The translations under genes and the position numbers were made by a program. Positions 63,801 to 64,000 of a stretch of 64,000 bases of DNA are shown piece after piece. The DNA is from Carcharhinus amblyrhynchos (Eukaryota): assembly GCA_965287045.1 (NCBI GenBank), contig OZ336888.1:15934001-15998000 (forward strand), in the 5' to 3' direction. Under the pieces are notes generated by a model, which had not been told where the DNA came from, did not search any database, and saw only the letters and a program-made list of their open reading frames with translations. Each line of letters begins with the position of its first letter. The stretch's first letter is position 1.

Positions 63801-63902
63801 GTGCTTCCTGGACTAATGTTATTTCATATTACCTCTGCTCCCCAGGCCCAATAACAATGACTGTGACGGGTACGCTTCCTGTTTCTGAGAGCAGAATTAC
63901 TG
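1..63902 (+). CDS. Internal portion of a giant multi-exon mucin-like (PTS-rich) gene built of tandem 57-nt phase-1 micro-exons
   Basis: 89 related exon copies, 84 with pyrimidine-tract+AG acceptors (first A acceptor outside window) and GT donors (mostly GTGAG); 57 nt each except one 48-nt in-frame variant; no in-frame stops seen; consensus 76-aa unit is 41/76 P+T+S and 12/76 G with no Cys. No start, stop or globular-domain exon in the window, so no gene name assigned. Confidence 0.85.
2242..3160 (+). CDS. Unit 2 micro-exons
   Basis: A 2242-2298, B 2388-2444, C 2959-3015, D 3104-3160. Confidence 0.8.
4677..5596 (+). CDS. Unit 3 micro-exons
   Basis: A 4677-4733, B 4823-4879, C 5394-5450, D 5540-5596. 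Confidence 0.8.
7206..7262 (+). CDS. Unit 4 exon D only (A, B and most of C deleted)
   Basis: ccctag|GCCCAATGGGA...ATTACTG|gtgagc; only the 3' remnant of C (caccgtcagtg|gtgagt, ~7106-7116) remains upstream. Confidence 0.75.
8789..9713 (+). CDS. Unit 5 micro-exons
   Basis: A 8789-8845, B 8935-8991, C 9511-9567, D 9657-9713. Confidence 0.8.
10836..11170 (+). mobile_element. Full-length HE1-like tRNA-derived V-SINE
   Basis: tRNA-like head gggcggcacggtagcgcagtggttagcactgct...gttcgattccc, V-domain gtgggtttcctccgggttctccggtttcctcccacagtccaaagatg, tail gattctatgattctatga; absent from the paralogous intron near 46720. Confidence 0.9.
11556..12465 (+). CDS. Unit 6 micro-exons (B inactivated)
   Basis: A 11556-11612, C 12265-12321, D 12409-12465. 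Confidence 0.78.
11702..11759 (+). pseudogene. Pseudo-exon B of unit 6
   Basis: Acceptor AG->TG (cattg|GGCC) and a 1-nt insertion (ccaaactg) giving 58 nt. Confidence 0.75.
13979..14897 (+). CDS. Unit 7 micro-exons
   Basis: A 13979-14035, B 14125-14181, C 14695-14751, D 14841-14897. Confidence 0.8.
16415..17333 (+). CDS. Unit 8 micro-exons
   Basis: A 16415-16471, B 16561-16617, C 17131-17187, D 17277-17333. Confidence 0.8.
18839..19722 (+). CDS. Unit 9 micro-exons
   Basis: A 18839-18895, B 18984-19040, C 19522-19578, D 19666-19722. Confidence 0.8.
20578..20808 (-). mobile_element. 5'-truncated HE1-like SINE
   Basis: Reverse complement of the 3' part of the SINE at 10836 (tagaatcatagaatcatagaa tail; ggaggaaaccggagcacccg V-domain). 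Confidence 0.85.
21343..24204 (-). pseudogene. CR1 ORF2 endonuclease/reverse transcriptase with one in-frame TGA
   Basis: APE motifs (FNARS, VAVTETWL, GVYYRPPN, VGDIN, LDLVL, SDH) and RT motifs (KAPGPDG, NYRPVSLTS, QHGF, DFSKAFDKVPH, GVPQGSVLGP, FADD). The 615-aa and 318-aa ORFs are in one frame: AHGI-TGA(22357-22359)-GQVARWIENWL, plausibly CGA->TGA. Confidence 0.93.
24225..25118 (-). CDS. CR1 ORF1 protein (zinc finger/coiled coil + SGNH esterase-like domain)
   Basis: CVRC..CSKC followed by heptad LQRLRARVRQLEGRL; VIVVGDG, VCLPGAGVKDV, VIVHVG blocks typical of the CR1 ORF1 esterase; ends GLN*. Confidence 0.85.
   Translation of the reverse strand: MVGNIGRNVSCVRCHMWEFLVVSRVPKVHICSKCLELQRLRARVRQLEGRLEDAFLVRENEEIMAGNHEQEEVSRAEEKGGWTTVRRGKRKKKSSRGPPASPEAPHGSSTGAQKDRHKEVTDLEGQKGAGKVIVVGDGRVRGIDRRFCGQRRDSRMVVCLPGAGVKDVTDRVEGILKGEGAQAEVIVHVGEGDIGRRSRVEVRRQFRELGAKLKSRTSRVALSGLLPSISRAKNDDIMQLNAWLRDWCRVEGFTFVDHWEVFRREGQLYRRGGENLNGRGTNVLAGRLAGVFMKGLN
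25842..26762 (+). CDS. Unit 10 micro-exons
   Basis: A 25842-25898, B 25988-26044, C 26561-26617, D 26706-26762. Confidence 0.8.
28317..28519 (+). CDS. Unit 11 exons C and D (A, B deleted)
   Basis: C 28317-28373, D 28463-28519; pre-A intron joins pre-C intron near 28242. Confidence 0.78.
30040..30938 (+). CDS. Unit 12 micro-exons (C shortened in frame)
   Basis: A 30040-30096, B 30185-30241, C 30747-30794 (48 nt), D 30882-30938. Confidence 0.8.
31901..32819 (+). CDS. Unit 13 micro-exons
   Basis: A 31901-31957, B 32047-32103, C 32617-32673, D 32763-32819. Confidence 0.8.
33234..34033 (-). mobile_element. 5'-truncated CR1 LINE (ORF2 C-terminus + 3' UTR)
   Basis: RDLGV, LVRPQLEYCVQFWAP, RRNFFTQRVVNLWNSLP; (aacataag)n tail. 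Confidence 0.92.
35110..36027 (+). CDS. Unit 14 micro-exons
   Basis: A 35110-35166, B 35256-35312, C 35825-35881, D 35971-36027. Confidence 0.8.
37209..37880 (+). CDS. Unit 15 micro-exons (B acceptor mutated)
   Basis: A 37209-37265, B 37355-37411 (acceptor AG->CG), C 37678-37734, D 37824-37880. Confidence 0.78.
38062..38707 (-). mobile_element. Composite insertion: CR1 3' fragment (38062-38466) + inverted copy of array intron (38467-38690)
   Basis: (aacataag)n tail and CR1 3' sequence, then the reverse complement of a D-A intron segment; whole insert flanked by atgttt direct repeats (38056-38061, 38708-38713). Confidence 0.85.
40058..40953 (+). CDS. Unit 16 micro-exons
   Basis: A 40058-40114, B 40204-40260, C 40753-40809, D 40897-40953. 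Confidence 0.8.
41813..42021 (-). mobile_element. 5'-truncated HE1-like SINE, same insertion site as 20578 copy
   Basis: Same flanks (gaatgatgatc|ctagaatcatag ... cacg..|gaaaaggcatcaggag) and same truncation point. Confidence 0.85.
42673..43157 (+). CDS. Unit 17 micro-exons (B-C intron collapsed to 79 nt)
   Basis: A 42673-42729, B 42819-42875, C 42955-43011, D 43101-43157. Confidence 0.8.
44660..45578 (+). CDS. Unit 18 micro-exons
   Basis: A 44660-44716, B 44806-44862, C 45377-45433, D 45522-45578. Confidence 0.8.
47112..48021 (+). CDS. Unit 19 micro-exons
   Basis: A 47112-47168, B 47258-47314, C 47821-47877, D 47965-48021. Confidence 0.8.
49533..50450 (+). CDS. Unit 20 micro-exons
   Basis: A 49533-49589, B 49679-49735, C 50248-50304, D 50394-50450. 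Confidence 0.8.
50887..52082 (-). mobile_element. 5'-truncated CR1 LINE of the same family as 20831-25211
   Basis: Colinear with ~20831-22040 including the long 3' UTR and (gaacaaa)n tail; possible ctgta target-site duplication. Confidence 0.92.
52236..52467 (+). mobile_element. CR1 3'-end fragment
   Basis: ttttacacagagcgtggtgggggcctggaatgcgctgcc (FTQSVVGAWNALP), gggccgaagggcctgtttcctgtgctg, (ttctttg)n tail; 7-bp TSD cattcag. Confidence 0.88.
53414..55883 (+). CDS. Unit 21 micro-exons (B acceptor mutated; B-C intron expanded by insertions)
   Basis: A 53414-53470, B 53560-53616 (AG->GG), C 55681-55737, D 55827-55883. Confidence 0.77.
53754..55097. mobile_element. Non-autonomous TIR DNA transposon (PIF/Harbinger-like MITE)
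   Basis: Imperfect ~16-bp TIRs gggcctgattttacca / tggtaaaattgggcct, 3-bp gaa duplication on both sides, no transposase ORF. Superfamily inferred only from GG-starting TIR and 3-bp TSD. Confidence 0.7.
54470..54700 (+). repeat. C-rich ~31-bp minisatellite inside the TIR element
   Basis: Repeats of ccagacaacgatcagccctccccccccacca. Confidence 0.75.
55106..55318 (-). mobile_element. CR1 3'-end fragment
   Basis: Nearly the same as ~33240-33457 (aagaaataggagcaggagtaggccatctagccc...). Confidence 0.88.
56451..57419 (-). mobile_element. 5'-truncated CR1 LINE
   Basis: SKFADDTKIGG through C-terminus; frameshift from a short duplication near 56900; 8-bp TSD atagagta; short filler at the 5' junction. 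Confidence 0.92.
58529..58730 (+). CDS. Unit 22 exons C and D (A, B deleted)
   Basis: C 58529-58585, D 58674-58730; deletion junction near 58345. Confidence 0.78.
60264..61182 (+). CDS. Unit 23 micro-exons
   Basis: A 60264-60320, B 60410-60466, C 60980-61036, D 61126-61182. Confidence 0.8.
63008..63902 (+). CDS. Unit 24 micro-exons (B and C acceptors mutated)
   Basis: A 63008-63064, B 63154-63210 (AG->CG), C 63701-63757 (AG->TG), D 63846-63902. Confidence 0.72.
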
Positions 63903-64000
63903 GTGAGCAGAGCTTCTTTCATGTTATAAGCTGCTGTTAGTTTTGTGCTATTTGTGATTTTTAACTCTACCATTGGTCTACAGTTATGTTGGACCCGCAC

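Larger units (their letters stand above)
1..64000 (+). repeat. Tandem array of 24 ~2.4-2.5 kb exon-intron units (A - ~89 nt - B - ~515 nt - C - ~88 nt - D - ~1.5 kb)
   Basis: Same intron motifs recur in order throughout (e.g. gtagatgtcttgcattatcaatt, ggattttggtgctattga, gcatttgtggaagggaatgattaa, gaggaactgttctgaagggaaacctcag); spacing e.g. exon A 2242->4677. Confidence 0.97.

Noticed and set aside
110-63902. Naming the gene (MUC19, MUC2, MUC5, or aggrecan with its 57-bp/19-aa repeat)
   Set aside because: No diagnostic domain in the window; aggrecan repeats are acidic, SG-dense and lie in one large exon.
541-63940. Many recurring 60-135 aa ORFs on both strands (MVVSEVVGPPVPAV..., MYSQCH..., MPSKTSYFSG...)
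   Set aside because: They are antisense readings of exon C or chance frames in repeated introns; starts, stops and frames vary between units.
1-64000. CRISPR-like or prokaryotic RT-associated repeat system
   Set aside because: Repeats are kb-scale with homologous 'spacers' and spliceosomal signals; the RT is a CR1 LINE; no cas genes.
1-64000. Antigen-receptor segment array with recombination signals
   Set aside because: No consistent heptamer/nonamer pairs flank the cassettes and the peptides lack Ig/J motifs; boundaries are splice sites.

Overview
Eukaryotic DNA, very probably from a cartilaginous fish (HE1/V-SINE-type SINEs and CR1 LINEs with short-repeat tails). The window is one ~2.4-2.5 kb tandem repeat, 24 units, interrupted by intronic transposons. 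The short ORFs in the supplied track are mostly noise. The real signal is a spliced + strand gene. Each full unit carries four 57-nt, phase 1-1 micro-exons (A, B, C, D; AG..GT flanked) encoding 19-aa Thr/Pro/Ser/Gly-rich peptides: A GPTPFTGTGRPTTSETTVS, B GPTAMTPSGVPTVPETAIT, C GPTRTAGTGGPTTSETTIS, D GPMGMTVTGTLPVSESRIT. I counted 89 exon copies, 84 with intact splice dinucleotides where visible (first A cut by the window edge) and no in-frame stop, i.e. roughly 1,590 aa of mucin-like PTS repeat from an internal part of a giant gene whose ends lie outside the window. The array shows hierarchical duplication (1 exon -> pair -> 4-exon unit -> multi-unit blocks), exon loss, and frame-preserving selection. 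Introns host a near full-length CR1 LINE (candidate -1 frameshift, SINE-derived 3' end), several truncated CR1s, HE1-like SINEs and a TIR element. Coordinates were counted by hand; element boundaries may be off by a few bases.
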